Positions 24,915 to 36,964 of a stretch of DNA of 64,000 nt are shown here, piece by piece (position 1 is the stretch's first letter; each line of letters opens with the position of its first letter). The notes under the pieces were generated by a model that worked only from the letters and a program-made list of their open reading frames with translations, was not told where the DNA came from and ran no database searches. The position numbers and the translations under genes are program-made. Source of the DNA: Escherichia coli (GTDB lineage: Bacteria; Pseudomonadota; Gammaproteobacteria; Enterobacterales; Enterobacteriaceae); NCBI RefSeq assembly GCF_036507355.1, contig NZ_AP027877.1; one strand, given 5' to 3'.

Positions 24915-25141
24915 TGGAGCACCTCAAAAACACCATCATACACTAAATCAGTAAGTTGGCAGCATCACCCAGATGACCAATATATTAATTCTATTCATAA
25001 TCTTCAATGATATTTATATCAACCTTGATGAATTATGAATATATCGGAAATTGAAAAAATCGCAGCAAAGGAAATATTATTATGGGTTAAAGAGATGATA
25101 TTTCAGAAAAATGCCCTCCCGTTCAAGGGGAAGGCGAGGAA

Positions 25142-25426
25142 TTACAGATAGCGGCACAGATAAGAGGTGGGTTCGGCAACTTGCAGATGAAACTCACTGT
25201 GACCGGGAACATTAAACACCGAACCGGCTTCATACACTTGCCAGTCGGTCGCGTCAGGCAGTAACACATTCAGCGCGCCACTGATTACCGTCATTTCTTC
25301 CGGCTCAGCGGTGCTGAAGGTGTATTCGCCTTCAACCATAACACCCACGCTGGCGCGACCAGTGCTGCTGCTGGAAAAGCCGATCGATTTCACTTTGCCG
25401 GAAAAGTACTCATTACTTTGAAGCAT
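25142..25426 (-). CDS. ppnP: pyrimidine/purine nucleoside phosphorylase PpnP (YaiE)
   Basis: 94-aa [33 protein letters not shown]..., recognised. Confidence 0.93.
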
Positions 25427-25497
25427 AAACTGGCCCTGTCTGGTAGTTGAACATCTACTTCACTATAGGGGCCAGAGGCGCTGGCTGTCACGCAAAA

Positions 25498-26175
25498 TTA
25501 CACCAGTAATTCCGCAGCCAGCCGTGCAATCAATACGTTAGAGAGCAAGACAGGAACATCGAGCTGTTTTTGCAGTAAATCGCGATGACGCTGGTTAAAT
25601 CCCAAACAATCCAGCATGATGACATCTGCGCCTTTCGCCAGTAATTCTTTCCCGGCATCAATGATTTTTTGTTCTGAATCATGAATGGGGTTACCCAATG
25701 AAAATACCGGCGGTTTCTGCAAAATTTGCCATTTTTGCGCCTGAACGGTCAGCAACTCCTCAACCGGTACGATAACCCCCACCTGATGATCTTCAACAAT
25801 AGAGGAAACCAGCGGTGGCAATATCCGCGACGGCTCAAGAAAGATCGTATTACGCGCAGTCATACTACTAATGTTTGCCGTACTCATTAATATAATGACG
25901 TCGTAACCCTGATTATCGAGCACTTCAACCACACCTTGCAGGTCACGCTCTACTTTGCGACGCGAAACATGGGCCAGATGGTTGTCATTTAATAATGTGA
26001 GAATGGTGTCTTCGCCTGCTTCTGGCGCGTACTCCGCCATCACTTCTTCGCGGCTTAACTTCCCCAGCAGGCTATGATGGGAAATATTATCTTCGTCAAT
26101 GTATTCTGTCAGGAGCGGCAAAACTTCCTGCATAGGTACAATGCCGATGGTCAGGATCGCCAACGACGCACTCAT
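25498..26175 (-). CDS. aroM: protein AroM
   Basis: 225-aa ORF; synteny aroL-yaiA-aroM. Confidence 0.9.
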   Translation of the reverse strand: MSASLAILTIGIVPMQEVLPLLTEYIDEDNISHHSLLGKLSREEVMAEYAPEAGEDTILTLLNDNHLAHVSRRKVERDLQGVVEVLDNQGYDVIILMSTANISSMTARNTIFLEPSRILPPLVSSIVEDHQVGVIVPVEELLTVQAQKWQILQKPPVFSLGNPIHDSEQKIIDAGKELLAKGADVIMLDCLGFNQRHRDLLQKQLDVPVLLSNVLIARLAAELLV

Positions 26176-26432
26176 TGTTCTTCCACCTTACTTTTATTTC
26201 GTCGTTAATTACCGGGCAAGTGTTAAGCACCACTGCTGACACTTACTTGTGCTACAAATGACAAAAAGCGTAGCAGCAGACGTGCACGGCATAATGTAAA
26301 GATTCCAAATGATTCCAGTAATGGATTGTTATTGTTTGATATTCTAATTATTAGAAAAACATGAATTATGAAAAATGTGACGCAGATCCCTTGTAGTGGC
26401 ACTCAGAATCCCTTCCGAGCAGTCTGATGCGG

Positions 26433-26633
<201 letters not shown>

Positions 26634-26673
26634 TTATTTCACGGGATGAACGTTAAGTATAGGCGCTCGAAAA

Positions 26674-27198
26674 TCAACAATTGATCGTCTGTGCCAGAGC
26701 GCTGCGAATTTCAGAAATCACCTGGCTGGGTTCGTTTGTTGCGTCGATGATAATATGCGCAACTTCGCGATATAGCGCATCGCGTTCTTCCAGCACTTCC
26801 TGAACTTCTTCGCTCAGCGGCTTTCCCGTTAAGGTTGGCCGTAAATCTTCTTCCGGTGCAGCTTGCAGTCGGTTAACCAGGACTGATACTGGCGCACACA
26901 AATAAACCACGATCCCGTTATTTTGCATGAAGTGACGATTAAATTCCGTCAGAATAATGCCGCCGCCTGTAGCGATAACGGTGGATGGCGCAGTTACCGC
27001 TTCCAGCGCCGCCGTTTCTCTGGCGCGAAATCCCGCCCACTCTTCCCTTTCGACGATCTCCGCGACCGTCATATTGAGCTGTGATTGCAACCACTGATCG
27101 GTATCGACAAACCGACGGTTAAGCGAATCGGCAAGGGCCATTCCGACCGTTGTTTTACCACAGCCCCGAGGCCCGATCAGAAAAAGAGGTTGTGTCAT
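26674..27198 (-). CDS. aroL: shikimate kinase II
   Basis: 174-aa ORF with Walker [10 protein letters not shown]; recognised AroL. Confidence 0.95.
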
Positions 27199-27362
27199 CG
27201 TGGGTTTTCCCCAATAGGTCGCAATGCGGCGAAAGCCGGTGTCATGAGAATAGCGATCATACCATCAAACTAGTACAATTTCGATTGTAAAGAAAAAATT
27301 CCACTTTAAGTGAAAATCTCAATACATCCCTTACTATATCAATAAATATTCAAGAATGAAGT

Positions 27363-27380
27363 GTAAATAATAAATTACAT
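27363..27380. promoter_or_regulatory. TyrR-box-like palindrome TGTAAATAATAAATTACA upstream of aroL
   Basis: Fits TGTAAA-N6-TTTACA with one mismatch; aroL is a known TyrR/TrpR target; a TrpR-like half site ACTAGTAC is at 27268-27275. Confidence 0.45.
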
Positions 27381-27839
27381 TTAGCCACGACTACGTTGCA
27401 CTTCCAGCCACCACTTCTCCAGCTCCGCGGCAAAGGCCTGGCGGTCACGTTGTGAAAGGCTATCTGGTCCGCCGGTCTGGATCCCACTGGCACGTAAGGT
27501 ATCCATAAAATCGCGCATCGTCAGGCGCTCACGAATGGTCGCTGGCGTGTAACGTTCGCCGCGCGGATTAAGCGCCGCAGCGCCTTTCTCGATGGCTTCA
27601 GCAGCCAAAGGTATATCTGCGGTGATCACCAAATCGCCCGCTTCACACTGCCGGACAATTTCGTTATCGGCAACGTCGAAACCTGCCGCGACGCGCAGCG
27701 TACGAATAAATCGCGATGGCGGCACGCGTAAACTCTGGTTTGCTACCAGTACCAGCGGCATCTGCATACGTTCCGCCGCACGATACAAAATCTCTTTAAT
27801 TACATTGGGACACGCGTCGGCATCCACCCAAATTGTCAT
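27381..27839 (-). CDS. yaiI: UPF0178 protein YaiI (start taken at [13 protein letters not shown])
   Basis: 152-aa product recognised; divergent from proC. Confidence 0.88.
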   Translation of the reverse strand: MTIWVDADACPNVIKEILYRAAERMQMPLVLVANQSLRVPPSRFIRTLRVAAGFDVADNEIVRQCEAGDLVITADIPLAAEAIEKGAAALNPRGERYTPATIRERLTMRDFMDTLRASGIQTGGPDSLSQRDRQAFAAELEKWWLEVQRSRG

Positions 27840-27958
27840 AAAGTCATCCTTTGTTGGGTAATCCTCTATTGTGTCGCGCTTTTGCCTTCCGGCATAGTTC
27901 TGTTTATGCTTCTGCCAGCGATTATCAAAACAATGAATTTCACGGCAGGAGTGAGGCA

Positions 27959-28768
27959 ATGGAAAAGAAAATCGGTTTTATTGGCTGCGGCAATATGGGA
28001 AAAGCCATTCTCGGCGGTCTGATTGCCAGCGGTCAGGTGCTTCCAGGGCAAATCTGGGTATATACCCCCTCCCCGGATAAAGTCACCGCCCTGCATGACC
28101 AGTTCGGCATCAACGCCGCAGAATCGGCGCAAGAAGTGGCGCAAATCGCCGACATCATTTTTGCTGCCGTTAAACCTGGCATCATGATTAAAGTGCTTAG
28201 CGAAATCACCTCCAGCCTGAACAAAGACTCTCTGGTCGTTTCTATTGCTGCAGGTGTCACGCTCGACCAGCTTGCCCGCGCGCTGGGCCATGACCGAAAA
28301 ATTATCCGCGCCATGCCGAACACTCCCGCGCTGGTTAATGCCGGGATGACCTCCGTAACGCCAAACGCGCTGGTAACCCCAGAAGATACCGCTGATGTGC
28401 TGAATATTTTCCGCTGCTTTGGCGAAGCGGAAGTAATTGCTGAGCCGATGATCCACCCGGTGGTCGGTGTGAGCGGTTCTTCGCCAGCCTACGTATTTAT
28501 GTTTATCGAAGCGATGGCCGACGCCGCCGTGCTGGGCGGGATGCCACGTGCCCAGGCGTATAAATTTGCCGCTCAGGCGGTAATGGGTTCCGCAAAAATG
28601 GTGCTGGAAACGGGAGAACATCCGGGGGCACTGAAAGATATGGTCTGCTCACCGGGAGGCACCACCATTGAAGCGGTACGCGTACTGGAAGAGAAAGGCT
28701 TCCGTGCCGCAGTGATCGAAGCGATGACGAAGTGTATGGAAAAATCAGAAAAACTCAGCAAATCCTGA
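27959..28768 (+). CDS. proC: pyrroline-5-carboxylate reductase (start taken at [14 protein letters not shown])
   Basis: Rossmann GxGxxG motif at N-terminus; recognised ProC. Confidence 0.95.
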   Translation: MEKKIGFIGCGNMGKAILGGLIASGQVLPGQIWVYTPSPDKVTALHDQFGINAAESAQEVAQIADIIFAAVKPGIMIKVLSEITSSLNKDSLVVSIAAGVTLDQLARALGHDRKIIRAMPNTPALVNAGMTSVTPNALVTPEDTADVLNIFRCFGEAEVIAEPMIHPVVGVSGSSPAYVFMFIEAMADAAVLGGMPRAQAYKFAAQAVMGSAKMVLETGEHPGALKDMVCSPGGTTIEAVRVLEEKGFRAAVIEAMTKCMEKSEKLSKS

Positions 28769-28784
28769 TGACTTTCGCCGGACG

Positions 28785-29900
28785 TCAGGCCGCCACTTCG
28801 GTGCGGTTACGTCCGGCTTTCTTTGCTTTGTAAAGCGCCAAATCTGCCGATTTCAACCACTCACGATAGTGACTCATTTGTGGGTTCAGCGGCGCAACCC
28901 CCACACTAATCCGTAAAGTTACCTGTGGCGTATTCGGCAAACGTAATGTATTTAGCCCTTCATGCACCCGTAACATGGCGGTAATGGCGCTCTCAGCTGG
29001 CGTACCGGACATGATTACTGCAAACTCATCGCCGCCAAACCGACCAATCACATCGCTACCGCGCAGGGTAATTTGTAACTGTCGGGTAAGCGCCACAATC
29101 GCTTCATCGCCCACATCATGGCCCCAGGTATCGTTGATGCTCTTGAAATGGTCGATATCGATAATCAGTAACGTTGCATCGCGATTATGCCGCCGACAGT
29201 TATCAAATTCATTGCGTAACATAGTTTCCCAATGACGTCGGTTATACACGCCCGTCATGCCGTCGCGGGTACTCATGACCTGCAACCTGCGTTTATGTTC
29301 CGCCAGTTTAGTCGCCGTCTGGTAGCTGACCCAGCCAAACAGCAGAGGATAAATGACAATAATGGGAAGGGAGAGCCACCATTCCAGCGGCGCACTATTG
29401 AACGACACGGTAATGCCCGTCAGCTCGAGGGTGACAAGGCAGGAAACCACCATCAACACCAGACCCGCGACAAACAGACGGGGGCCGCCTGCCCCCATCA
29501 AATTCAGACACATAATCATCAACATCGCGGTGGAAGGCAGCACGTTTACGCCCATTACGCCTACCCACATTCCCGCTAATACTGCATCGGTTTTTAAGTT
29601 GTAAATTTCCCGGCTAAGCGGATCGACGGCCCTGCTCGCTATCTGCCAGGCTAAATGCGGCCAGACGAACGCCCAGCCGACCAACACCAGCCACCACCAG
29701 CCCGGCGGCGGGTGTGAAACCAGCGTTGAAGCAATCGGTAAGAACATGCCAGCCAGGCCAACCGCACGGGGTAGTCTGACGCGACGGGCGAAGCGCAGCC
29801 CGGACCGCTGATGTTCGTTTTGAGGAGTTAAAGGAGGTTCCTCCCCGTGCGCCGCCGCTTTTTTGAAAAAGTTTTCATCATTCATTATTTTTGGGAACAT
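28785..29900 (-). CDS. dgcC: diguanylate cyclase DgcC (AdrA/YaiC), MASE2 membrane domain + GGDEF
   Basis: 371-aa ORF with N-terminal TM helices and C-terminal GGDEF motif (RFGGDEF). Confidence 0.93.
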   Translation of the reverse strand: MFPKIMNDENFFKKAAAHGEEPPLTPQNEHQRSGLRFARRVRLPRAVGLAGMFLPIASTLVSHPPPGWWWLVLVGWAFVWPHLAWQIASRAVDPLSREIYNLKTDAVLAGMWVGVMGVNVLPSTAMLMIMCLNLMGAGGPRLFVAGLVLMVVSCLVTLELTGITVSFNSAPLEWWLSLPIIVIYPLLFGWVSYQTATKLAEHKRRLQVMSTRDGMTGVYNRRHWETMLRNEFDNCRRHNRDATLLIIDIDHFKSINDTWGHDVGDEAIVALTRQLQITLRGSDVIGRFGGDEFAVIMSGTPAESAITAMLRVHEGLNTLRLPNTPQVTLRISVGVAPLNPQMSHYREWLKSADLALYKAKKAGRNRTEVAA

Positions 29901-30001
29901 TCAGAAACAATTTTCCCAAATTATAGAGACGGGGCTAAAGGCAGAAGTATGAAATTTCGGGTGAGCCATTTTAGTAGCTCACCCGTTAGCACTATCAGGT
30001 A

Positions 30002-30322
30002 TCAGGCGGCTTTCTTGAGGCAGGCGCTCATAAACTTATTACGATCATCACCTTTCAGTGATTGTTGCGTTGCTTGATTATTACATTCGCGCATCTTTTG
30101 CTGCTGTGGCGTCAAACTTTTTTCACCAGGCGCAGACTTGCTGTTCTTCAGGCAATCACTTATGTAGGTCTTACGAGCATCCCCTTTCAACGCCTGTGCC
30201 GTCGCCTGCTGATTACAGGAGGTCATACGCTGTTGTTGTGGGGTTAACGTTCTCTCGGCAGCACCGACGGTGGTTAAAAAAACCAGACCGAAAAGCAAGG
30301 TAACCAGTAATGTAATTTTCAT
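30002..30322 (-). CDS. psiF: phosphate starvation-inducible protein PsiF (start taken at MKITLLVTLLFG)
   Basis: Secreted small protein with duplicated CNxQA motif; immediately downstream of phoA. Confidence 0.9.
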   Translation of the reverse strand: MKITLLVTLLFGLVFLTTVGAAERTLTPQQQRMTSCNQQATAQALKGDARKTYISDCLKNSKSAPGEKSLTPQQQKMRECNNQATQQSLKGDDRNKFMSACLKKAA

Positions 30323-30440
30323 AGCACCATCCCTCTTCATGTTTTAACCATGAGCGTATGCGCCCGTGATCTGCCATTAAGTCTGGTTGCTAACAGCAAA
30401 AAAACCACCCGGCAGCGAAAATTCACTGCCGGGAGCGATT

Positions 30441-31856
30441 TTATTTCAGCCCCAGAGCGGCTTTCATGGTGTAGAAGAGATCGGTCTGGTCGGTCAGTCC
30501 AACGACATTGGCGGCATGCGGGCCATACGCCGCAATACGCAACTGACTGCCGGTATGTTCTTGTGAATCCTCTTCGGAGTTCCCGTAACTCATCACCATC
30601 ACTGCGCCATCTTTGGTATTTAGCGCCTGGGTGAGGCCCGGAGCTTTAGTATCCGGCGCAACAATCTGGCTGGCGTGGGCGTGATCAGCGGTGACTATGA
30701 CCAGCGTGTTACCCTCCTTTTTAGCGAATTCCAGCGCCCGTTGTACGGCTTCATCGAGATCGACCGTCTCGCCAATTTGCCCACAAGGATTCGCAGCATG
30801 ATCCTGTTTATCGATTGACGCACCTTCAACTTGCAGGAAAAAGCCTTTCTCATTTTTACTCAACAATTCAATGGCTTTGTCGGTCATCTGCGCCAGGGTT
30901 GGTACACTGTCATTACGTTGCGGATTAGGCGTACAGGTGACTGCGGGCTTATCAATATTACCGTGGTACGTTGCTTTCGGTCCTAGCCAGCGCACTGGCA
31001 TATTGCCGTCAGCAAACAGGCCAAGCAGGGGTTTTTGCTGATTCGCTTCCGTCACCGCATTTAGCGAGGCGGCATCGTTCACCAACTGATAACCACGCGC
31101 CTGTGCCTGTTCACGCAGCGTTTTTCCCTGCCATTCACCTGCGGTTGCCGTTTCAGCAAAGGTTTTTGCACCACCGCCAAGCGTAACGTCGGCACGAGCG
31201 TTAAGCAGCTGTTCGGTAATCGATCCTTTTCCGCCTTTTTCCAGAGCGTTACCCGGACATTTTTCACTGGTCGCGCCCGGACCGTAGCATTTGCGCGAGG
31301 TCACATGCGCCACCAACGCAGCGGGCGTGGCATCCTGCAACTCTGCGGTAGAAACGTTACCGGTCGCCAGACCTGCGGCTTTTGCCATTTCCAGAATCGT
31401 TGGGTGATCTTTTTCGTGAATATCGACGCCCAGCGCGCCGTTATAGGTTTTGACACCGGTTGACCAGGCGGTTGCTGATGCAGCCGAGTCGGTGACGTAG
31501 TCCGGTTTGCCGGTTTTTTTATTCAGCGCATAGTGAGTGTATTGCCCGGTAAGCGGTAAGGCATCGATACCTTTAAAAAAGCCGCCCGCACCTTCGGCAT
31601 AATTGCGTGCGGCAGTAATTTCCGAATCCCCCATCCCATCGCCAATCAGCAAAATAATATTTTTTGCAGGTTTATCGCTAAGAGAATCACGCAGAGCGGC
31701 GGTCTGATCAGCCGTTAAGCGGCGAGCACCGCCGGGTGCAGTAATATCGCCCTGAGCAGCCCGGTTTTCCAGAACAGGCATTTCTGGTGTCCGGGCTTTT
31801 GTCACAGGGGTAAACAGTAACGGTAAGAGTGCCAGTGCAATAGTGCTTTGTTTCAC
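30441..31856 (-). CDS. phoA: alkaline phosphatase (GTG start at [21 protein letters not shown])
   Basis: Signal peptide followed by [18 protein letters not shown]...; active-site region [12 protein letters not shown]; recognised PhoA. Confidence 0.96.
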   Translation of the reverse strand: MKQSTIALALLPLLFTPVTKARTPEMPVLENRAAQGDITAPGGARRLTADQTAALRDSLSDKPAKNIILLIGDGMGDSEITAARNYAEGAGGFFKGIDALPLTGQYTHYALNKKTGKPDYVTDSAASATAWSTGVKTYNGALGVDIHEKDHPTILEMAKAAGLATGNVSTAELQDATPAALVAHVTSRKCYGPGATSEKCPGNALEKGGKGSITEQLLNARADVTLGGGAKTFAETATAGEWQGKTLREQAQARGYQLVNDAASLNAVTEANQQKPLLGLFADGNMPVRWLGPKATYHGNIDKPAVTCTPNPQRNDSVPTLAQMTDKAIELLSKNEKGFFLQVEGASIDKQDHAANPCGQIGETVDLDEAVQRALEFAKKEGNTLVIVTADHAHASQIVAPDTKAPGLTQALNTKDGAVMVMSYGNSEEDSQEHTGSQLRIAAYGPHAANVVGLTDQTDLFYTMKAALGLK

Positions 31857-31918
31857 TTTATTTTCTCCATGTACAAATACATTAAAAAATAAAAACAAAG
31901 CGACTATAAGTCTCGGCC

Positions 31919-31936
31919 GTGACAACTTTATGACAG
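31919..31936 (-). promoter_or_regulatory. Pho box in phoA promoter
   Basis: Minus-strand CTGTCATAAAGTTGTCAC ~60 bp upstream of phoA GTG, matching the PhoB-binding consensus. Confidence 0.75.
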
Positions 31937-31956
31937 TTGTTGAAAAGATTAACTTT

Positions 31957-32217
31957 TTACTGACGAGGATGCTTCAATAACTTCTTTACGTAATCGCGCA
32001 GCAGCTCCGTATCGTCGTCAGGAATGCTGGCATCGGGCTTTACCTCGTACAGCGCCCCCTCTACCTGATCAATCAACCGCTGTTGGTCATTTTGCGCCAT
32101 ATTGCGAAGCATTGCAGTGACGATAATCTCCAAAGCTTCTACCTGCGCACACAGTTCTTTCGACTCTTCTTCTTTTTGGGCAAGCTTAAATAACAACTCA
32201 GCAATGAGATTTTTCAT
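31957..32217 (-). CDS. iraP: anti-adapter protein IraP
   Basis: 86-aa [43 protein letters not shown]..., recognised. Confidence 0.93.
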
Positions 32218-32679
32218 GTCTGTATTTCCTTATCCAAAGTATGGAGAAGTTAACATTATATTTCACAACTTCATAGTGTCTGGAAGTATTATTTTTATGA
32301 CAAAGGAAATACTTTGCGCAAATATTTTTTGTTTGATTACCAGCGAAACGTTTCTCTTATTTAAATAATTACCCACACAAAATATAGGCTTTTAATTATC
32401 AACCTTTATTATAAATAAAAGTTATGAAATATATTCTCTTCGTTAACTTATAATTAAGAGAAAAAAACTCACCGCATGGCCATTTAAGCCAGGAATAAAT
32501 TAGCTTCCCGTTCATCATTTTTGTGATCTTGCGCACATCTTTGAGATAACGCACTTTCTTCACCAGTACGTTGCACGCTTTGTCAGCAGAAGATTGCAAC
32601 AATCTTTCAGAAGGCCGCGAATCCCCCGTTTTGTCGTGGTAATGTATGCACTTTGTGTTAGACGGGATAGGTTTATAAG

Positions 32680-33774
32680 ATGGAAAAACTGCGGGTAGGA
32701 ATCGTTTTTGGTGGTAAATCAGCGGAACATGAAGTGTCTCTGCAATCGGCAAAAAACATTGTCGATGCCATTGATAAAAGTCGCTTCGACGTTGTGCTGC
32801 TGGGCATTGATAAACAAGGGCAATGGCACGTCAGCGATGCCAGCAATTATCTGCTAAATGCAGACGATCCTGCCCATATTGCGTTGCGCCCTTCGGCGAC
32901 CAGCCTCGCCCAGGTGCCAGGTAAACATGAGCATCAGCTTATCGACGCGCAAAACGGTCAGCCGTTGCCGACGGTGGATGTCATTTTCCCGATTGTCCAC
33001 GGTACGCTGGGCGAAGATGGTTCCTTGCAGGGAATGCTGCGGGTCGCCAATTTACCGTTTGTAGGTTCTGATGTTCTGGCTTCAGCAGCCTGTATGGATA
33101 AAGATGTCACCAAACGTCTGCTACGCGATGCCGGGCTGAACATTGCGCCATTTATTACCCTGACGCGCGCTAATCGTCACAACATCAGTTTTGCCGAAGT
33201 GGAGTCTAAACTGGGGTTACCACTGTTTGTAAAACCGGCTAATCAGGGCTCTTCTGTTGGTGTCAGCAAAGTAACCAGTGAAGAACAGTACGCAATTGCC
33301 GTCGATCTGGCGTTCGAGTTCGATCATAAAGTGATCGTTGAGCAAGGGATCAAAGGTCGTGAGATCGAATGCGCAGTTCTGGGCAACGACAATCCGCAAG
33401 CCAGCACCTGTGGCGAGATCGTACTCACCAGCGATTTCTATGCCTACGACACCAAGTACATTGACGAAGATGGCGCGAAAGTGGTAGTTCCGGCAGCCAT
33501 TGCGCCAGAAATCAACGATAAGATCCGGGCGATTGCCGTTCAGGCTTATCAGACGTTGGGATGCGCAGGCATGGCGCGTGTAGACGTGTTTTTAACCCCA
33601 GAGAACGAAGTGGTGATCAACGAGATCAACACCCTGCCTGGCTTCACCAACATCAGTATGTATCCGAAGCTGTGGCAAGCCAGCGGTTTGGGTTACACCG
33701 ATCTGATCACACGTTTGATTGAACTGGCGCTGGAGCGTCACGCTGCGGATAACGCATTGAAAACCACAATGTAA
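32680..33774 (+). CDS. ddlA: D-alanine--D-alanine ligase A
   Basis: 364-aa ATP-grasp [35 protein letters not shown]... Confidence 0.95.
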   Translation: MEKLRVGIVFGGKSAEHEVSLQSAKNIVDAIDKSRFDVVLLGIDKQGQWHVSDASNYLLNADDPAHIALRPSATSLAQVPGKHEHQLIDAQNGQPLPTVDVIFPIVHGTLGEDGSLQGMLRVANLPFVGSDVLASAACMDKDVTKRLLRDAGLNIAPFITLTRANRHNISFAEVESKLGLPLFVKPANQGSSVGVSKVTSEEQYAIAVDLAFEFDHKVIVEQGIKGREIECAVLGNDNPQASTCGEIVLTSDFYAYDTKYIDEDGAKVVVPAAIAPEINDKIRAIAVQAYQTLGCAGMARVDVFLTPENEVVINEINTLPGFTNISMYPKLWQASGLGYTDLITRLIELALERHAADNALKTTM

Positions 33775-33780
33775 TATTTT

Positions 33781-33815
33781 AACGCCCGATAATATTCTTA
33801 TTGGGCGTTTTCAGT
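33781..33815. terminator. hairpin plus T-run between convergent ddlA and yaiZ (candidate bidirectional terminator)
   Basis: AACGCCCGATAA / TTATTGGGCGTT stem (one mismatch) followed by TTTCAGTTTCTT. Confidence 0.45.
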
Positions 33816-34010
33816 TTCTTCATCGCGACGACGAATAATCAACCCCGCCAGCCAGAAACTAATCACCCACGTCACCAGACCGACGGCATAGGTCTGCCAA
33901 CCTTTTGCTTCAAATCCCAGTAACCCCACCACGCCATTAAGAATGAATATAAGGCCAATGGCGAACGCATAGTAGTGCCAGTCACGGCGGATTTTTACAG
34001 GCAGATTCAT
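33798..34010 (-). CDS. yaiZ: small membrane protein YaiZ (start taken at MNLPVKIRRD)
   Basis: 70-aa product with two hydrophobic helices; synteny. Confidence 0.8.
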   Translation of the reverse strand: MNLPVKIRRDWHYYAFAIGLIFILNGVVGLLGFEAKGWQTYAVGLVTWVISFWLAGLIIRRRDEETENAQ

Positions 34011-34269
34011 GGCTGCTCCGTTAACGAAAAACAACATCCTTGCATATTCTGCAACAACCGTCTGTGGTGTAGACAACATTTTCGCAATTGTTAATAAATT
34101 TAACTTAAAGTTGCTATTTTGTGACTCGCAACGAAGATTCACGCTTCGGGAATATTCCCAACATCAATTTACCATGATTCTGATATTGACAATCTAAATG
34201 ACCTGTCAGACTTGCCATAAGCCGCTGGTATCACACCAGAAGAGAAGCAGATGACTTCCGGAGGTTTTT

Positions 34270-34578
34270 ATGGCTGATTTCACCCTGTCAAAATCGCTGT
34301 TTAGCGGAAAATATCGCAATGCCTCTTCAACGCCTGGCAACATTGCCTATGCGTTGTTTGTGCTGTTTTGCTTTTGGGCTGGGGCGCAATTGCTGAACCT
34401 GTTAGTGCATGCGCCCGGCGTCTATGAGCGTTTAATGCAGGTCCAGGAAACAGGTCGCCCACGGGTGGAAATTGGTTTAGGTGTCGGCACCATTTTCGGG
34501 CTGATCCCGTTTTTAGTAGGCTGCCTCATTTTTGCAGTGGTGGCGCTATGGCTGCACTGGCGACATCGCCGCCAGTAA
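34270..34578 (+). CDS. yaiY: inner membrane protein YaiY
   Basis: 102-aa two-TM ORF; synteny. Confidence 0.85.
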
Positions 34579-34636
34579 GATTTACGTTGCCAGATACGGC
34601 CTAAAACGCCTTATCTGGCATGACATTCCTGTTTAA

Positions 34637-35731
34637 TCACTGTTTCATACAACGCGCCCGCCGTTCGTCTACGCGCTTCGCAAACCAGGCCGTAGTCAGG
34701 TTGCGGGTGATTTTCGGGCTTTCCAGTTGAATGCCAGGCAACATTTCGCGGGGGAGTGATTTACCCGTTTTCGCTTCGGCAAGTTGATAAACTTTCTTGT
34801 ACAGCGCCGTCTCCTCAAAAGAGAAGCTGTCACCTTTCTCTAGCTGACGACGAATTTCGCTGTCGCTCATCCCCAGTTTTGCCGCCAGTTTGCGCGTTGC
34901 CAGTTCGGTTTTCCCGGGTTCTTTACTGTCGTAACGAATTAAATCACCGTCCAGTGCCAGCTTCACGCCGCTGGCCTTACTGACCGCGTTCTGAAACGCG
35001 GCATTACGGCTGGCATACCAGCCAGCGTTAAAATCAGCAAAACGGTATATCGGTGCGCTATAACTGGCGGGATAATTCAGTAAATGGTAAGTACCAAACC
35101 ACAACCCGCCGCGGCGACTAAAGACTTCCTGACGGACTGTACCGTCCATTTTCCACGGATACCCTTTGGTATGCTGTTCGGCAAAAGCAATGCTGACCTG
35201 CATCGGCCCACCGGTGCGCACCGGATTAAGCGAACCAAACAGCGTCTGCCCCATTGGCACCATGCTGATCAGATCGTCAAAAATCGCGCTCAATTGCTTT
35301 TCTGTACGCACCGAATCTAACCGTTCGCTATAACTTTTGCCGTTTGGCGATTTGATTTTTAGCGCGGTATGAACCAGAAAAGCAGGAATGTGCATCCGTT
35401 CAGCACGACGGTCAATCTCTTGCCAGGCGATCTTGCTTAAGCCCGGAACGGCCGGATCTGCCTGATAATTTGACTCCTGCTGCGCCATCGCCAGCACCGA
35501 GCAGACGTTTTCCAGCGTCGGTGCCAGCCCCTGACTTTCAAAGGTGATGGCGAGATCTTTCGCCCAAGCATCGCGGTCTTTCACGCTCGCAGGCATCTTC
35601 TGCCGCACGACGCTCGCCACATCTATCTCTTTTTCGCCCTTTTTCAACGGTTGCGGAGCCCGACTACTACACCCCGCTAAAACCAGAACCGCCAACAATG
35701 ACAGCGAAGATAGAGGATTGACGCGCGACAT
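34637..35731 (-). CDS. yaiW: lipoprotein YaiW
   Basis: 364-aa ORF with lipobox LAGC; co-oriented downstream of sbmA. Confidence 0.9.
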   Translation of the reverse strand: MSRVNPLSSLSLLAVLVLAGCSSRAPQPLKKGEKEIDVASVVRQKMPASVKDRDAWAKDLAITFESQGLAPTLENVCSVLAMAQQESNYQADPAVPGLSKIAWQEIDRRAERMHIPAFLVHTALKIKSPNGKSYSERLDSVRTEKQLSAIFDDLISMVPMGQTLFGSLNPVRTGGPMQVSIAFAEQHTKGYPWKMDGTVRQEVFSRRGGLWFGTYHLLNYPASYSAPIYRFADFNAGWYASRNAAFQNAVSKASGVKLALDGDLIRYDSKEPGKTELATRKLAAKLGMSDSEIRRQLEKGDSFSFEETALYKKVYQLAEAKTGKSLPREMLPGIQLESPKITRNLTTAWFAKRVDERRARCMKQ

Positions 35732-35743
35732 TACTTCTCCTTT

Positions 35744-36964
35744 TTAGCTCAAGGTATGGGTTACTTCCTGAATTTTGTCACCATCCAGCTCATGTTCAAA
35801 GCTGCGCAGACGTTTGTAGATAGACATCAACTCAACCAGTGTGGTCCATGAGTTAATCAGGTACTGGAAAGCACCGCGAACCTGACCAAAAACGTTGGTA
35901 ATCTGCGTCATCAGGCCGAGCGTAATCGTACCGGCAACAATTGACGGAAACAGCAAGAACAAACCGAAAACGTTATCGACCTGCAAATAGAGAATGCGAG
36001 CGATGTTGAAATACATATAGTGAAAATAGAGGCGGAAATAGTTTTTCCGTACGGCGCTAAACAGCTCGCGTACCGTTGGCGGCGTCGCGCGCGTGGCATC
36101 GTCTTCACCATAAACCAGCTCTTTACGGTAGGCAGCCTCTACACGCTGGTTTTTAAACTCCAGCCCCGGCAGTTTGATCCCTACCACTGCCAGCAATCCG
36201 GTCCCCATCAGCGACCAGACGATAGCGGCAATCACCAGACCATACGGAATGTGCCCGATAATCGGCAGCTCCGGCACATGCGCGGAGAGCGTTACCAGCA
36301 CCGGCAGGAAGGCGATCAACGTCATGATGGCGTTGATAAAACTGACCCCCATATTCTCCAGCGTTGAAGCAAAACGCATGGTGTCTTCCTGCACACGCTG
36401 TGCGGCGCCTTCGATATGACGCAGTTGTTGCCAGTTCGCCATGTAATATTCGTTCATCGCCGTACGCCAGCGGAACACGTAGTGACTGACAAAGAAGTTA
36501 TTCAGCACACTGATCACTACCGCGATCAGCGCAATCCCCAGAAAGACGCCCACTTCGCGGTAAAATTGTTCGATAGTGACTTTATGCGGCGAACTTAGCG
36601 CGGTTTGAATCAGATCATAGAACGGTGCATACCAGGCGTTGACGGCAACCCCGACTTCCACCAAAAACCAGGTGACGAAGATGATCAGTGCAGTACCGAG
36701 TATTGACCAGTATTGCCAACGGTGCGGGCTGTAGATAAACCAGAACAATGCAAAAAGTCCTACGCAAACAATGTAGTAAGCGTAAAAAATCAGGAAATCC
36801 AACGACCAGAAACGCGCGGCGCTAATCGGGATCTGCCCGGAAGCGCCGGTGATACGCGCCACCCAGTCACCCCCACCGGCTTGCCAGAAGATAACGGCAA
36901 TCAATGCCCAAACAAAGGCCGAGAGAAAAAACGTTCCCGGCTTTGGGAAAAAAGACTTAAACAT
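35744..36964 (-). CDS. sbmA: peptide antibiotic/microcin transporter SbmA (start taken at [10 protein letters not shown])
   Basis: 406-aa polytopic membrane protein, recognised SbmA. Confidence 0.93.
   Translation of the reverse strand: MFKSFFPKPGTFFLSAFVWALIAVIFWQAGGGDWVARITGASGQIPISAARFWSLDFLIFYAYYIVCVGLFALFWFIYSPHRWQYWSILGTALIIFVTWFLVEVGVAVNAWYAPFYDLIQTALSSPHKVTIEQFYREVGVFLGIALIAVVISVLNNFFVSHYVFRWRTAMNEYYMANWQQLRHIEGAAQRVQEDTMRFASTLENMGVSFINAIMTLIAFLPVLVTLSAHVPELPIIGHIPYGLVIAAIVWSLMGTGLLAVVGIKLPGLEFKNQRVEAAYRKELVYGEDDATRATPPTVRELFSAVRKNYFRLYFHYMYFNIARILYLQVDNVFGLFLLFPSIVAGTITLGLMTQITNVFGQVRGAFQYLINSWTTLVELMSIYKRLRSFEHELDGDKIQEVTHTLS

Larger units (their letters stand above)
24202..24969 (-). 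mobile_element. IS1 insertion sequence (768 bp), no target-site duplication
   Basis: Ends GGTAATGACTCC...AGCATCACC match IS1 inverted repeats; encodes InsA and InsB; 9-bp flanks GGTCACCAT vs CAGATGACC do not match. Confidence 0.95.
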
